NCBI GenBank assembly: GCA_963727645.1
Contig: CAVSHA010000002.1
Location: 75,507-139,506, forward strand
Length of the DNA: 64,000 nucleotides
Origin: an uncultured Acidimicrobiaceae bacterium
Lineage (GTDB): Bacteria > Actinomycetota > Acidimicrobiia > Acidimicrobiales > Bog-793
Direction of reading: 5' to 3'
Within the stretch, counting starts at the first letter, position 1, and each line of letters begins with the position of its first letter. Below the pieces are notes generated by a model. It was not told the origin of the DNA, searched no databases, and saw nothing but the letters and a program-made list of their open reading frames with translations. Below are positions 1 to 9,385 of this stretch, piece by piece. The position numbers and the translations under genes were made by a program.

Positions 1-197
1 TTGTCGCTCGCGGGGGCCTTGGCGGTCGTCGACTGGTTGGGAGCGGTCGTGAGGATCCGGTTCCAGAAGTAGCCGAGCGGCTCGTTGTTGACCTCCTTGC
101 AGGCGATGGCACACGTCCAGCAGCCGATACAGCGGTTCGTGTCGATCACCATGACGTGGTGCGGGACGTAGGTCTTCTTGGAAACCATGACGGTCAC
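1..197 (-). CDS. 4Fe-4S dicluster electron-transfer subunit (DmsB/NrfC-like), 5' part only; runs off the window edge
   Basis: Not in the ORF track. Reverse strand reads MVSKKTYVPHHVMVIDTNRCIGCWTCAIACKEVN (CxxCxxCxxxC). A GTG at 197 overlaps the upstream stop (GTGA); alternative ATG at 188. Confidence 0.9.
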   Translation of the reverse strand, partial: MTVMVSKKTYVPHHVMVIDTNRCIGCWTCAIACKEVNNEPLGYFWNRILTTAPNQSTTAKAPASD

Positions 198-2689
198 GCT
201 CCTGTTCTCTCGACCTGTACGAGGACGTCGTAGTACGCCGCGTTCGAAGGGAAGTTCGGGATGAGCGATTGGGCGGGTTTCGCTATCTGATGGGTCAAGT
301 TGTTGGGATGACCTTCGATGTAGTGCTTGACCCGGATCGTGTCCCAGCCCCCCTGGTAGCAGTTGACGACACCGGGCTTCATCGACTCGGTGAGGCGAGC
401 CCTCACCTTCATCTGGCCCCGGTCGTTGAAGATCCTCACCACGTCGCCGTCGGCTATGGACCGCGGAGCGGCGTCGCGGGGATTGATCTCCAAGAAACCG
501 TCACCACCGTTGTTGATCTCCTTCAGCCATGGCAGGTTGACGAACTGGGAGTGGGTGCGGAACTTGGTGTGCGTCGAAAGGAAGACGAGGGGGTACTGCT
601 TGAACTTCGGGTTCGTCGGCGAGGCCTCGATCGGTTCCTTGTGGTCGCACAGGGCCTGGTCGTAAGGGAGAAGCATCTCGACGTAGAACTCGATCTTGCC
701 GCTCTTCGTCGGGTACTGCTGGTTGAAGAACGGCACGTACGGCATCGGGTCGGTGTTGAGACGGACCGCCTCGGTCGTGAGACGCTCCCAGGTGAGGCCC
801 TGCACCGACGGGTCGGCGTCGGCCTGGCCGATATGCATGATCTGCTTCAGGAACTCCTCGGGGGTCTCGGTGAAGTACTGGCCGACCCCCATCTTGTCGG
901 CGATCATCCGGATCGCATCGAGATCGGACTTCGACTCGAAGAGAGGATCGATGATCTTCGGCATGTACTGCAGGTAGAAGTTGTTCGAGGAGAGGAGGTC
1001 GGTCTTCTCGAAGTACGTACAGGCGGGAAGGATGACGTCTGCAAGGTCCGCCGTCGCAGTCAGCGAGTAGTCGGAGACGACGATGAACTCCAGCTGTTCC
1101 ATCGCGGCCCTGATCCGGTTCCGGTCCGACATCTGTTGGGCGAAGTTGTCGATCGGGAACCAGGCGGCCTTCACAGGGAACGGTTCGCCCTTCTCGACGG
1201 CGCTGCAGAAGTCCATCGGCTCGAGCAACGTGTAGATCTTGGTGCCCTCCGGCGCCCAGAAATGGCCGAGGTCGAATGGCGCGATGGTCGCCGCCATCCC
1301 GCCGGCGAAGGTGGTCACCCCGCCACCATGGACGCCGATGTTGCCCGTGATCGCCTGCAGGGTCAGAAGCGCCTGCATGTGCAAGTCGCCGTGGTACCAG
1401 TGCGACAGCCCGAAGCCGACCCTCACCGCGAGGGGCTTGCTCGCCCCCCAGACCTGGCCGAGGGAAACCACTTGCGCTGCAGGCACGTCGGTCACCTTTT
1501 CGGTGTACTCCGGGGTGTATTTGGCGGCCATGTCCGCAAGTGCCTGTAGGGCGGTCCGCGCCTGCAGGCTTCCCGCGGGATGTGTTCCCAGGATCGCGGG
1601 TGTCTTGAGGGTCGGGTCGCTCGCCGCCTTGATCTTGTTGTCAGACTCGTCGAAGACGACGTAGTCGTCCTTGGCCCCCGCGATCACCTCTTTGGCGCGG
1701 AGCCACTTCCCGTCCCGTGGGTCGATGAGGTACGGGCCAACTGTGTTGGCGCGGATGTACTCGGTGTCGTAGGTGCCGTTCAGGAAGATCTGGTTGATTA
1801 TGCCGTCGATGAGGGCCGTGTCGGCTCCCGGGCGGATCGGCACGAACTCGTCGGACTGGGCACAAGTGACGGTGAAACGAGGATCGACAGATATGAGCCG
1901 GGTGCCGTTCTGGTCCCTGGCGTCGCACATGATCCGCCAGTCCGGGAGCGAGGTCTCCGCGACATTGTTGGCCCAGAAGACGATCGTCTTGGCGCTCAGG
2001 AAGTCAACTGACTCGTGCCCGGTGAAGAAACCACCGGCATTGGCGGGATTCGTCGGGTCGACGAGAACGTAGTTCCAACCTGCCGGCGTGGCGGAGTCTC
2101 CCTCGTTGTCGCCTTCCGAGTCTCCTGCCGAGGCGCCGATGACGCTCGCGAAGCGGAATCCCGCTCCGATGACGCCTTCGATCAGAGCCAGCGAGCCGGT
2201 ATAGGGGGCGACCCACACCGCCGTCTTGCCGTACTTCTCCTGGATCCGCTGGAAATTATCGGCGATCAGCGTCGTCGCCTCGTCCCAGGTGATGCGCTGC
2301 CACTTGCCCGAGCCCCGCTCCCCCACGCGCTTGTAGGGGTACTTGATCCGATCCGGGCTGTAGGTGTTGGAGATCTGTGAAAGACCCCTCAAGCAGATCC
2401 GCGGGTGGAAGGTGGGCGCCTGCTCGCCTGCAACGGTCGTCGTCCCCCAGCTCGCCGGGCCGATCATGGTCACGCGTCCGTCTGTGACGTGGACGAGGTG
2501 CCCGCACGCGCCGTCACAGTTGTTGGAGTGGCCGGTCCGGTAGACCAGCTCCTTGCCCGTCAGGAACTCCTCAGAGCTCACGAGGTCACCGGCCGAAGGC
2601 TCGAGGAAACGCAGGTGGTCCGCCACCATCAACCCGCCCGCTACCGCCGCGCTCCCACCCAGAAATGCTCGCCTCGAGAACTTGGACAT
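194..2689 (-). CDS. Tat-exported Mo-bisPGD oxidoreductase catalytic subunit (DMSO reductase family)
   Basis: Tat motif SRRAFL; FS0 motif HSNNCDGAC...C(LRG); RIKYPYKRVGERGSGKW; ADVILPA; C-terminal HTKFRTHSQ and EINPRDA; RBS GGAGG. Confidence 0.93.
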   Translation of the reverse strand: MSKFSRRAFLGGSAAVAGGLMVADHLRFLEPSAGDLVSSEEFLTGKELVYRTGHSNNCDGACGHLVHVTDGRVTMIGPASWGTTTVAGEQAPTFHPRICLRGLSQISNTYSPDRIKYPYKRVGERGSGKWQRITWDEATTLIADNFQRIQEKYGKTAVWVAPYTGSLALIEGVIGAGFRFASVIGASAGDSEGDNEGDSATPAGWNYVLVDPTNPANAGGFFTGHESVDFLSAKTIVFWANNVAETSLPDWRIMCDARDQNGTRLISVDPRFTVTCAQSDEFVPIRPGADTALIDGIINQIFLNGTYDTEYIRANTVGPYLIDPRDGKWLRAKEVIAGAKDDYVVFDESDNKIKAASDPTLKTPAILGTHPAGSLQARTALQALADMAAKYTPEYTEKVTDVPAAQVVSLGQVWGASKPLAVRVGFGLSHWYHGDLHMQALLTLQAITGNIGVHGGGVTTFAGGMAATIAPFDLGHFWAPEGTKIYTLLEPMDFCSAVEKGEPFPVKAAWFPIDNFAQQMSDRNRIRAAMEQLEFIVVSDYSLTATADLADVILPACTYFEKTDLLSSNNFYLQYMPKIIDPLFESKSDLDAIRMIADKMGVGQYFTETPEEFLKQIMHIGQADADPSVQGLTWERLTTEAVRLNTDPMPYVPFFNQQYPTKSGKIEFYVEMLLPYDQALCDHKEPIEASPTNPKFKQYPLVFLSTHTKFRTHSQFVNLPWLKEINNGGDGFLEINPRDAAPRSIADGDVVRIFNDRGQMKVRARLTESMKPGVVNCYQGGWDTIRVKHYIEGHPNNLTHQIAKPAQSLIPNFPSNAAYYDVLVQVERTGA

Positions 2690-2765
2690 CAGGCCTCCTC
2701 GGCTCGCCGCGCTCTTGGATCTGCTTGCATGGATTCAGTTAACGGGCTGCTCAGCCGCCAAACCA

Positions 2766-2779
2766 GGGCCGAAAGACCC
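2766..2779. promoter_or_regulatory. DosR/DevR-like palindromic box upstream of the Mo-oxidoreductase operon
   Basis: GGGCCGAAAGACCC resembles the DevR core GGGACnnnnGTCCC. A 13/14-identical copy lies at 26677. Confidence 0.55.
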
Positions 2780-2920
2780 AGGTGCGTGGTGCGTCTGTCG
2801 GTAGTTTCGAGCTTCGAGTGACATGAGTTCCAGATGTTGTCGCCAGGGAGCCATGACGACGCAACGACCGCCGTTTGAATTGGCGTCTGGGTGTCAGTCC
2901 TCGAGTGCCTCCAGGGCCGC

Positions 2921-4276
2921 TCAGCCCCAGGCCGACCGGGTGGGTGGCATACCGCTGCGGCCGGCGTCGGGCACGACGCCAAGCACCTGGTGCACGGAAA
3001 TGCCGCCATTCTCGAAGCCGATCACAGAGCCGGCCATGTACAGCCGCCAGATCCTGGTGCGTGCGGGCCCGACCAGCGCCAAGGCTGCCTCCCAGTTGGC
3101 TTCGAGATTCGCCACCCACGAGCGCAGAGTCCGCTCGTAGTGCTCGCGAAGCGATTCGACGTCACGACATTCGAAGCCGGCGCGCTCCATCGCGAGCACG
3201 ACGTCGCCGACGTCGAGCAGCTCGCCGTCAGGGAACACGTACCGGCCGAAGAAGCTCCAGGGCTTGAGCTTCGAACCCCCTTGCTCGGAGATGGCGTGAT
3301 TCAGCAACCTTCCCCCCGGCTCGAGCAGACCGCGCAAAGTCTGGAAGTACTGGGTCGTGCGGGCCTTACCGACGTGCTCGAACATGCCGATCGAAGAGAT
3401 TGCGTCAAACCGCTCACCTCGGAGGTCCCGGTAGTCCTGCACGCGGATCTCCACGCGGTCGGCGAGGCCTGCTTCGGCCACTCGCTTCCTCGCGTAGGTG
3501 GCCTGCGGCTCGCTCAAGGTGATGCCCACGACGGTCGCCCCGTGATTGGCCGCGGCGTGCATCGCCATCGAGCCCCACCCACAGCCGACATCGAGAAGTC
3601 GCATTGTCTTGCCTGGTTGCAAGCCCAACTTGCGACAGGTCAGCTCGTGCTTGGATTCCTGGGCTTGTTCCAAGCTCATGGCCGGGTCGGCAAAGCGGGC
3701 ACACGAGTAGGTCATTGATGGCCCCAGCACGAGCTCATAGAAGTCGTTGCCCACGTCGTAGTGGTGCGTGACTGCTCGGGCGTCTCGCCGCTGGGAGTGT
3801 CGCAACCCTCCCAGGCGGGCCTCTTCGGCCGGCGCGGGCAAGGGAAGGCCGATGGCGCCGGCCCGATATGCAGCTCCAAGGGCCGCAGGCACAGCGCGCA
3901 AACCCACTCGCAAGTCCCGGGGCGCAACGGCCTGCAAGCTCTCCATCATGGCGATCATGTCGCCTTCGATCTCGATGTCGCCTGCAACGTAGGCGCGGCC
4001 GACGCCGAGCTCGCCAGGGGCCCAAAGGATCCGCCGTATCGCGTCGGTCGAGCGGACATGGATAGTGCCCACACCTTTCGCCGGTCCGATCGCACTGCCG
4101 TCCCACAGCTCAAAGCGAACCGGGACCTGGCCGCCGAGCAAGTAGCGAATGAGCGGGGAAAGCGCGGAGGCCGCAGTGGCCCGCCGCCGCGTAGGAGCGC
4201 TGACGGGCTGCGGGGCTGACTGCCTGGCCCGGTCCGCCTTGCCCGATCGCGGCATCGACGACTCCTCGGTGATCAT
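2921..4276 (-). CDS. cfa: Cyclopropane-fatty-acyl-phospholipid synthase family SAM methyltransferase
   Basis: HHYDVGNDFY, MTYSCA, LLDVGCGWG, SIGMFEHVG, YVFPDG. GGAGGT RBS before the ATG at 4276. Confidence 0.9.
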   Translation of the reverse strand: MITEESSMPRSGKADRARQSAPQPVSAPTRRRATAASALSPLIRYLLGGQVPVRFELWDGSAIGPAKGVGTIHVRSTDAIRRILWAPGELGVGRAYVAGDIEIEGDMIAMMESLQAVAPRDLRVGLRAVPAALGAAYRAGAIGLPLPAPAEEARLGGLRHSQRRDARAVTHHYDVGNDFYELVLGPSMTYSCARFADPAMSLEQAQESKHELTCRKLGLQPGKTMRLLDVGCGWGSMAMHAAANHGATVVGITLSEPQATYARKRVAEAGLADRVEIRVQDYRDLRGERFDAISSIGMFEHVGKARTTQYFQTLRGLLEPGGRLLNHAISEQGGSKLKPWSFFGRYVFPDGELLDVGDVVLAMERAGFECRDVESLREHYERTLRSWVANLEANWEAALALVGPARTRIWRLYMAGSVIGFENGGISVHQVLGVVPDAGRSGMPPTRSAWG

Positions 4277-4598
4277 TGGATACCTCCCACGCTCTGTCGA
4301 AGTGCCGCCCGTGAGCGACGCTGCTGCCCCCACTGTCCCATCCCCCACCCGACGGGCCAACCCTTGTCGAGGCCATCGATGCCCACGACCCTGTTCTCCG
4401 ACCGAGGACCGCTGACCCATGACAGCTCAGCGACCGAACTCGTCCAGGCCGCTCGGGCGCTCAAACGCCGCGGGAGGCCCTTTCGGGATCGGACCATTGC
4501 TCAAGTTTCTCCGACACCCACGTCAAGTTCAAGGTCGCGCCTTGAGCGTGTGCAGAACCTCTGCCCGGCGGGCGAGCGCTGCTTTGGGAGCGCCAGCC

Positions 4599-5570
4599 TC
4601 AGCATTCCGCTCGTGGGTCGCTGTAACTCTTCGTGAAGAGATCCACCGGCTTCGAGGCAATCCTCCATACGGCGACCTGCGCCTCCATATAGGCGTGGCC
4701 GGAGACCGTCAGATAGAAGGCCGAGCACGGCAGTCCTGACACGAGGGTCCCGGTCCTCTGGCCGATGGCGACTATCACGTCCCCGTAGCCGAGGATGTTC
4801 GCCACCGCCAGGCCCGGCCCGAACCCGACCTTCATCTGCGAGGCCACCTCGACCGCGGCCGACGACAGGGTTACCGACGGCTTGTTGGTGACAAAGGAAC
4901 CTTTCACGCTCATCGCGTTCGTCGCACCCGAGTCCGAGCCACCCGATTCGGTCACGGCCTCCGCGCCTCCGTAGGTCCGTGTCTCGCCGCCCCGAATCGT
5001 CGAGCTCTTGCTCGACAGAGCCACGTTCACGAGCAGGGCGAACGAGACCTTCAGCAACATCGGGACCCCTGCTATGGCAAGGGGAACGTTGAAAGTCATC
5101 GGCAAGCGGAGCACGGGGAGCTCAAAGGCGCCCTTGGTCGGGTCGAGGATCTGGTAGGTGATGCTGACGCCCCCTACGGACAGGAACGAGAAGGTGCTGT
5201 GCACATTGCGGCCGTTGGCGATCTTGAGTCGGGACAGGGTGGGGATCACCGAGATGCGGTATGAGAAATCATTCTTCGTTGCTTTGCCTACGTAAGAAAG
5301 GCCGACATCCGGGACGACGGGCTTACCAGAGGTGACCAGAGCCACGCGCGGCTCGAAGGATCTCGCCTCACTGGTGGCGTCCAAAGGCGACGATCCGGAC
5401 GAGAGGGCGCCGAACACGTTGCTGAAGTCGATGGGCTCAGAAAATGTGATGTCCGCTGTCTTGAAGATGTCGGTCAACGTCCCGAAGGACCCTCGGCTGC
5501 CCCCGGGCGGTCCCGAATGCCGGGAGCACCGCTCGGAGCACTGCAGAGAGCCCCGGCGATCCAGCGGCAA
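4599..5570 (-). CDS. Beta-rich hypothetical protein; probably the C-terminal part of the upstream lipoprotein, split by indels
   Basis: Long S/T/V/G-rich ORF with no RBS, in the same frame just after the TGA at 5586. The junction sequence looks frameshifted. Confidence 0.45.
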   Translation of the reverse strand: MPLDRRGSLQCSERCSRHSGPPGGSRGSFGTLTDIFKTADITFSEPIDFSNVFGALSSGSSPLDATSEARSFEPRVALVTSGKPVVPDVGLSYVGKATKNDFSYRISVIPTLSRLKIANGRNVHSTFSFLSVGGVSITYQILDPTKGAFELPVLRLPMTFNVPLAIAGVPMLLKVSFALLVNVALSSKSSTIRGGETRTYGGAEAVTESGGSDSGATNAMSVKGSFVTNKPSVTLSSAAVEVASQMKVGFGPGLAVANILGYGDVIVAIGQRTGTLVSGLPCSAFYLTVSGHAYMEAQVAVWRIASKPVDLFTKSYSDPRAEC

Positions 5571-5585
5571 CCAGGCCTTCGCAGA

Positions 5586-7025
5586 TCAGCTGTTGGCGGG
5601 ACACTCGTGATGCTGACAACCGGGCCCGGACCTGGCAACGGCGGGAGCACTGGCGAACGACAGGTCCCTCAGATACGAGAAGTGGTACACAAGAACACCT
5701 GGGGGCACCCCAGAGACGGCTGCGTTGCCATGCCTGGCCTGCCCAGCAGCGCGAGTGTCGATGATGCGAGCCACGTAGTTCGCGATGTACCCGGCGAGAT
5801 AGACGCTTCCGGCCATGTTGAGATGCACGCCGTCGAGGCGCACCACTGTCGGCCGAGCGTGTACCGGCACCGTCACGCTGTAGTTCCCCCTCGGGCCGTT
5901 CAGGACGGCCCCCGGATCAAAGAACGTAACCCCATGATGCCGGGCGGCTTGCTGTGCACAGACCTGGTCGATCACCTGCATATAGGCCGACAGCCGAGCG
6001 TCCTGCATTGCCGGCTCTCCGATCCAGAGCACTTTGGAGCCTTCGCTCACGAGTTCCCTCATGATCCCTGCAACCCTGTCGGCATACGCCTTTCTCCACA
6101 ACGGGCTCCCGACAGGCTGGAAGGCGCCGTCGACGAACAGGTCCTGCCCGTCGTTGGCGCTGCCCATGTAGATCACGAGCCGGGGGCGCAGCGCCGCCAC
6201 CACGCCGAGCAGATGGCGTTGCCAGTCGAAGAACTCGGGACTCACAAGACCTGTGCCGACCTGGTACTCCGCCAAGGTCCTCAGCTCCGGTGACGCCGCG
6301 TGGTACGTGTCCCAAGCCCATTCGGGCCCGGCAGCCGTCGAGTCGCCGGCGAAGTAGATCGGTGGCCCGGGCGGACCGGGCGCAGGTGTCGCCGAGGCCA
6401 CGTTGCCGGGGGCGCGATGGAGCACATCATGGGCCAAGGCGACGAGCTGGCCCGTGTGCAGCCTCGAGAAGTCGCCGACCTGCTGCCAGAGCAACCAATA
6501 CGTAGTTCCTGACGCCGTGAAATAGAGGTACCGGTTGTTGGCGATCATCGCCTGTTGGCCAAGCCCGCTCACCGTGTCGAGGCTGTCGACGTACTGCGTG
6601 GCGGTCCGGAACGACGTCCGTGGCTTCACAGCGAGGGCCAAGAATGCGTCCGTGCCGACCAGCCATTGGCAATAGGGGTAGGTGGGAGTTGCCGGACCGA
6701 CGGGGCCGCCGAACTGACCCTGGATCTGTGCACGACTAAGCAGGGAGCACGCGTTCCGGGTCGCTTGATCGCCGAGCGAGCCATCGTCGAGTCGCGCACT
6801 TGGACGCGGCCGGGAGGTCGGCAGCGTCGTCGACGAAGGTTCCTCGGTGGTCGTCGTCACCGCCGGGTGGCTGGTTGTGGTGACCGGAGAGGTGTCGGTC
6901 GTCGTCGGCCAGTTCTGCGACGCAGCCGCTTGGCAACCACCGATCGCGGCTGCCACAGCGACGGCGATCACGGCCCTCGGCACACTGCGACGAGCGCGCG
7001 GCCAAACAGGATCGAGCCCGGCCAT
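5586..7025 (-). CDS. Lipoprotein with Thr-rich linker, DUF3558-like domain and SGNH hydrolase (DUF459-like) domain
   Basis: Lipobox-like AIGGC; NACSLLS..CQW; SGNH blocks GDS, GSAND and DGVH. Confidence 0.7.
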   Translation of the reverse strand: MAGLDPVWPRARRSVPRAVIAVAVAAAIGGCQAAASQNWPTTTDTSPVTTTSHPAVTTTTEEPSSTTLPTSRPRPSARLDDGSLGDQATRNACSLLSRAQIQGQFGGPVGPATPTYPYCQWLVGTDAFLALAVKPRTSFRTATQYVDSLDTVSGLGQQAMIANNRYLYFTASGTTYWLLWQQVGDFSRLHTGQLVALAHDVLHRAPGNVASATPAPGPPGPPIYFAGDSTAAGPEWAWDTYHAASPELRTLAEYQVGTGLVSPEFFDWQRHLLGVVAALRPRLVIYMGSANDGQDLFVDGAFQPVGSPLWRKAYADRVAGIMRELVSEGSKVLWIGEPAMQDARLSAYMQVIDQVCAQQAARHHGVTFFDPGAVLNGPRGNYSVTVPVHARPTVVRLDGVHLNMAGSVYLAGYIANYVARIIDTRAAGQARHGNAAVSGVPPGVLVYHFSYLRDLSFASAPAVARSGPGCQHHECPANS

Positions 7026-7256
7026 TCCAAGAGGCTAGAGTGCTCCGCCTCGTGGGAGTCGTCACCGGAGCCGGAAGTCTCCCTCACCACTTGTGGACAG
7101 TGCCCTTCGTAGGGCCTCGCGACAAGCAAGGACGGACCGAACGGGCCACAATCGCGTTGTGTCCGGCGATGGAGATGAACTAGACCCAGGCGCGATGGCC
7201 CTTTCAGTGGCCCTTGCGAACGCGGTGCAGGCCCTTGGCAGCACAGTGGCTCAGCC

Positions 7257-8372
7257 GTGAACCTGCACGCCATCGAGTTGCGCCGCGTCTGCTTGCCGCT
7301 GGTGTCACCTTTCCGCACGTCTCTCGGGACCGAGTCTGTCCGTGAAGCCCTGCTGGTCCGCGTGGAATCCGACGCCGGCGAGGGTTGGGGCGAGTGCGCC
7401 GCGGGCTCCGATCCGCGCTACTGCTCGGAGTACGTGGAGGCCGCCTGGCTCACGCTCAGCCGTTACCTCGGACCGAGACTACTGTGCATGCCTGAGCTCA
7501 CTGCCACCGACGTTCGGCCGCTCCTGCGTGAGTTCAGGGGCCACCGCATGGCGAAGGCCGCCTTGGAGATGGCAGTGCTGGATGCACAGCTGCGCGTGGC
7601 GGGCGTCTCGTTCAGCACCTTCCTGGGTGGTGTCGCCGACGCAGTGGCACCCGGTGTCGCTGTCGGCCTCATGGGCTCGGTGGACAGACTGCTCGACTCG
7701 GTGGCTGAGTATCTCGACGCCGGGTACCGGCGGGTCAAGCTCAAGATCCAACCGGGTTGGGACCTGGCACCGCTGCAGGCGGTCCGGGAACGCTTCGGCA
7801 GCGACCTGATGCTGCAGGTGGACGCAAACTCCGCGTACCGGCGAACTGATATCGGCCACCTCACCCAGCTCGACCAGTTCTCCCTGCTCTTGATCGAACA
7901 ACCCCTGGATGAGGACGATCTGCTCGGCCACGCGCAGCTGGCGCGGAGCATCGCGACTCCGGTGTGCCTCGACGAGTCGATCGTCTCGGCCCAGAGCGCT
8001 GCCACTGCCATCTCGTTGGGCGCGTGCTCGGTCGTGAACATCAAGGCGGGACGCGTCGGCGGCTATCTCGAGGCACGTGCGGTCCACGACGTCTGCGTGT
8101 CACAGGGCGTTCCCGTGTGGTGCGGTGGCATGTTGGAAACCGGCCTCGGTCGCGCGGCGAACCTCGCACTCGCCTCGCTTCCCGGGTTCACCCTTCCGGG
8201 CGACATATCGGCCACGGACCGCTACTTCCACGAGGACATCACGCCCCCGTTCCTGCTCCACGAAGGCATGATCACGGTCCCCACCGGTCCCGGCCTCGGC
8301 GTCGAGGTCCTCGTCCGGGTGCTCGATGGTCTGACGACGAAATCCGAAACCATCACGGAGGCAGATCTGTGA
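7257..8372 (+). CDS. menC: o-succinylbenzoate synthase / N-acylamino acid racemase (enolase superfamily)
   Basis: KLK, DAN, EQP, DES, NIK motifs; WCGGMLETGLGR; LPGDISA. Confidence 0.88.
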   Translation: MNLHAIELRRVCLPLVSPFRTSLGTESVREALLVRVESDAGEGWGECAAGSDPRYCSEYVEAAWLTLSRYLGPRLLCMPELTATDVRPLLREFRGHRMAKAALEMAVLDAQLRVAGVSFSTFLGGVADAVAPGVAVGLMGSVDRLLDSVAEYLDAGYRRVKLKIQPGWDLAPLQAVRERFGSDLMLQVDANSAYRRTDIGHLTQLDQFSLLLIEQPLDEDDLLGHAQLARSIATPVCLDESIVSAQSAATAISLGACSVVNIKAGRVGGYLEARAVHDVCVSQGVPVWCGGMLETGLGRAANLALASLPGFTLPGDISATDRYFHEDITPPFLLHEGMITVPTGPGLGVEVLVRVLDGLTTKSETITEADL

Positions 8373-8422
8373 ATTCAGCTGCTCATCTGTCGTGGACGGT
8401 CGCGGCCGTGATGCCGCAGTCC

Positions 8423-9385
8423 TCAGCCCTCTTCACGGGTATAGGGGATGCCGAGCGATGCAGGCGTCCCGATCCTCCGATTGGCCCAGCTCGTCGATGC
8501 CGCCGCCAGCGCGATGACCGTCATCAAGAACGGCAGCGCCGAATAGAACTCGGAGGGGAGCACTGTGATGTTGCGCGTCTGGAGCGTCGGCCCGAGGGCG
8601 GAGAAGACGCCGAACAGGTAGGCGCCCAGCACTAGCAGGTCGGGACGCCAGAAGGCGAAGATCACAAGTGCGATCGCTATCCATCCCATCCCCGCCGTGA
8701 GGCCATCGGTCCAGATCGGAGCGAGGGCGAGTGTGAAATAGGCGCCCCCGAGACCGGCGAACGCGCCGCCGATGAGCGTGTGGGCATACCGGTAGCCGGT
8801 CACGTTGATCCCCATGGCGTCCGCGGCAGCAGGGTTCTCGCCCACGGCCCGAAGGTAGAGCCCGGGCCTCGTCCGGTACAGGTAGTACATGACGGCGACG
8901 ACGAGCACCCAGGACGCGTAGACGAAGGCATCCTGATTGAAAAGGAGCGGCCCGAGGATCGGCAGGTTCTTGAGGCCAAGCAGGTCGATGTTGTTGAACT
9001 GGTGGAGCCCGGCCACGCCACCGATGTTCCAGATCTGTCCGAGGTACGAGGACAGACCGATGATTCCGGCGAAGATCGTGATGGCAAGGCCCGAGACGAT
9101 CTGGTTCACACGGATCGTGATCGTCAAGAACGCGTGGATAAGCGCCATCGCGCCACCGGCCACCATGGAGGCCAAGACGGCGAGAATCAAAACCAGTCCG
9201 GCGGACCAGTGCAACTTCTGCGAGACACAAAAGGCGGTCACTGCCCCCATGAGCATCATTCCCTCGACACCCAGGTTCAGCACACCGGAGCGCTCGGCGA
9301 GCAGCTCGCCGAGGCCGGCGAGGACGAGTGGGGTCCCGAAGGCGATGGCCGAGACCACGACGGCGAGGACGACATTCGAGTTCAT
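8423..9385 (-). CDS. Nucleoside/sugar ABC transporter permease
   Basis: ERSGVLNLGVEGMML, LRAVGENP, GWIAIALVIF. Confidence 0.92.
   Translation of the reverse strand: MNSNVVLAVVVSAIAFGTPLVLAGLGELLAERSGVLNLGVEGMMLMGAVTAFCVSQKLHWSAGLVLILAVLASMVAGGAMALIHAFLTITIRVNQIVSGLAITIFAGIIGLSSYLGQIWNIGGVAGLHQFNNIDLLGLKNLPILGPLLFNQDAFVYASWVLVVAVMYYLYRTRPGLYLRAVGENPAAADAMGINVTGYRYAHTLIGGAFAGLGGAYFTLALAPIWTDGLTAGMGWIAIALVIFAFWRPDLLVLGAYLFGVFSALGPTLQTRNITVLPSEFYSALPFLMTVIALAAASTSWANRRIGTPASLGIPYTREEG

Noticed and set aside
2690-2920. Moco riboswitch upstream of the Mo-enzyme
   Set aside because: No recognisable Moco/Tuco consensus; the palindrome is better explained as a DevR-like DNA site.
5586-5588. In-frame TGA between two same-frame ORFs as selenocysteine or readthrough
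   Set aside because: No catalytic Cys context or recognisable SECIS; flanking residues look out of frame, so indels are more likely.
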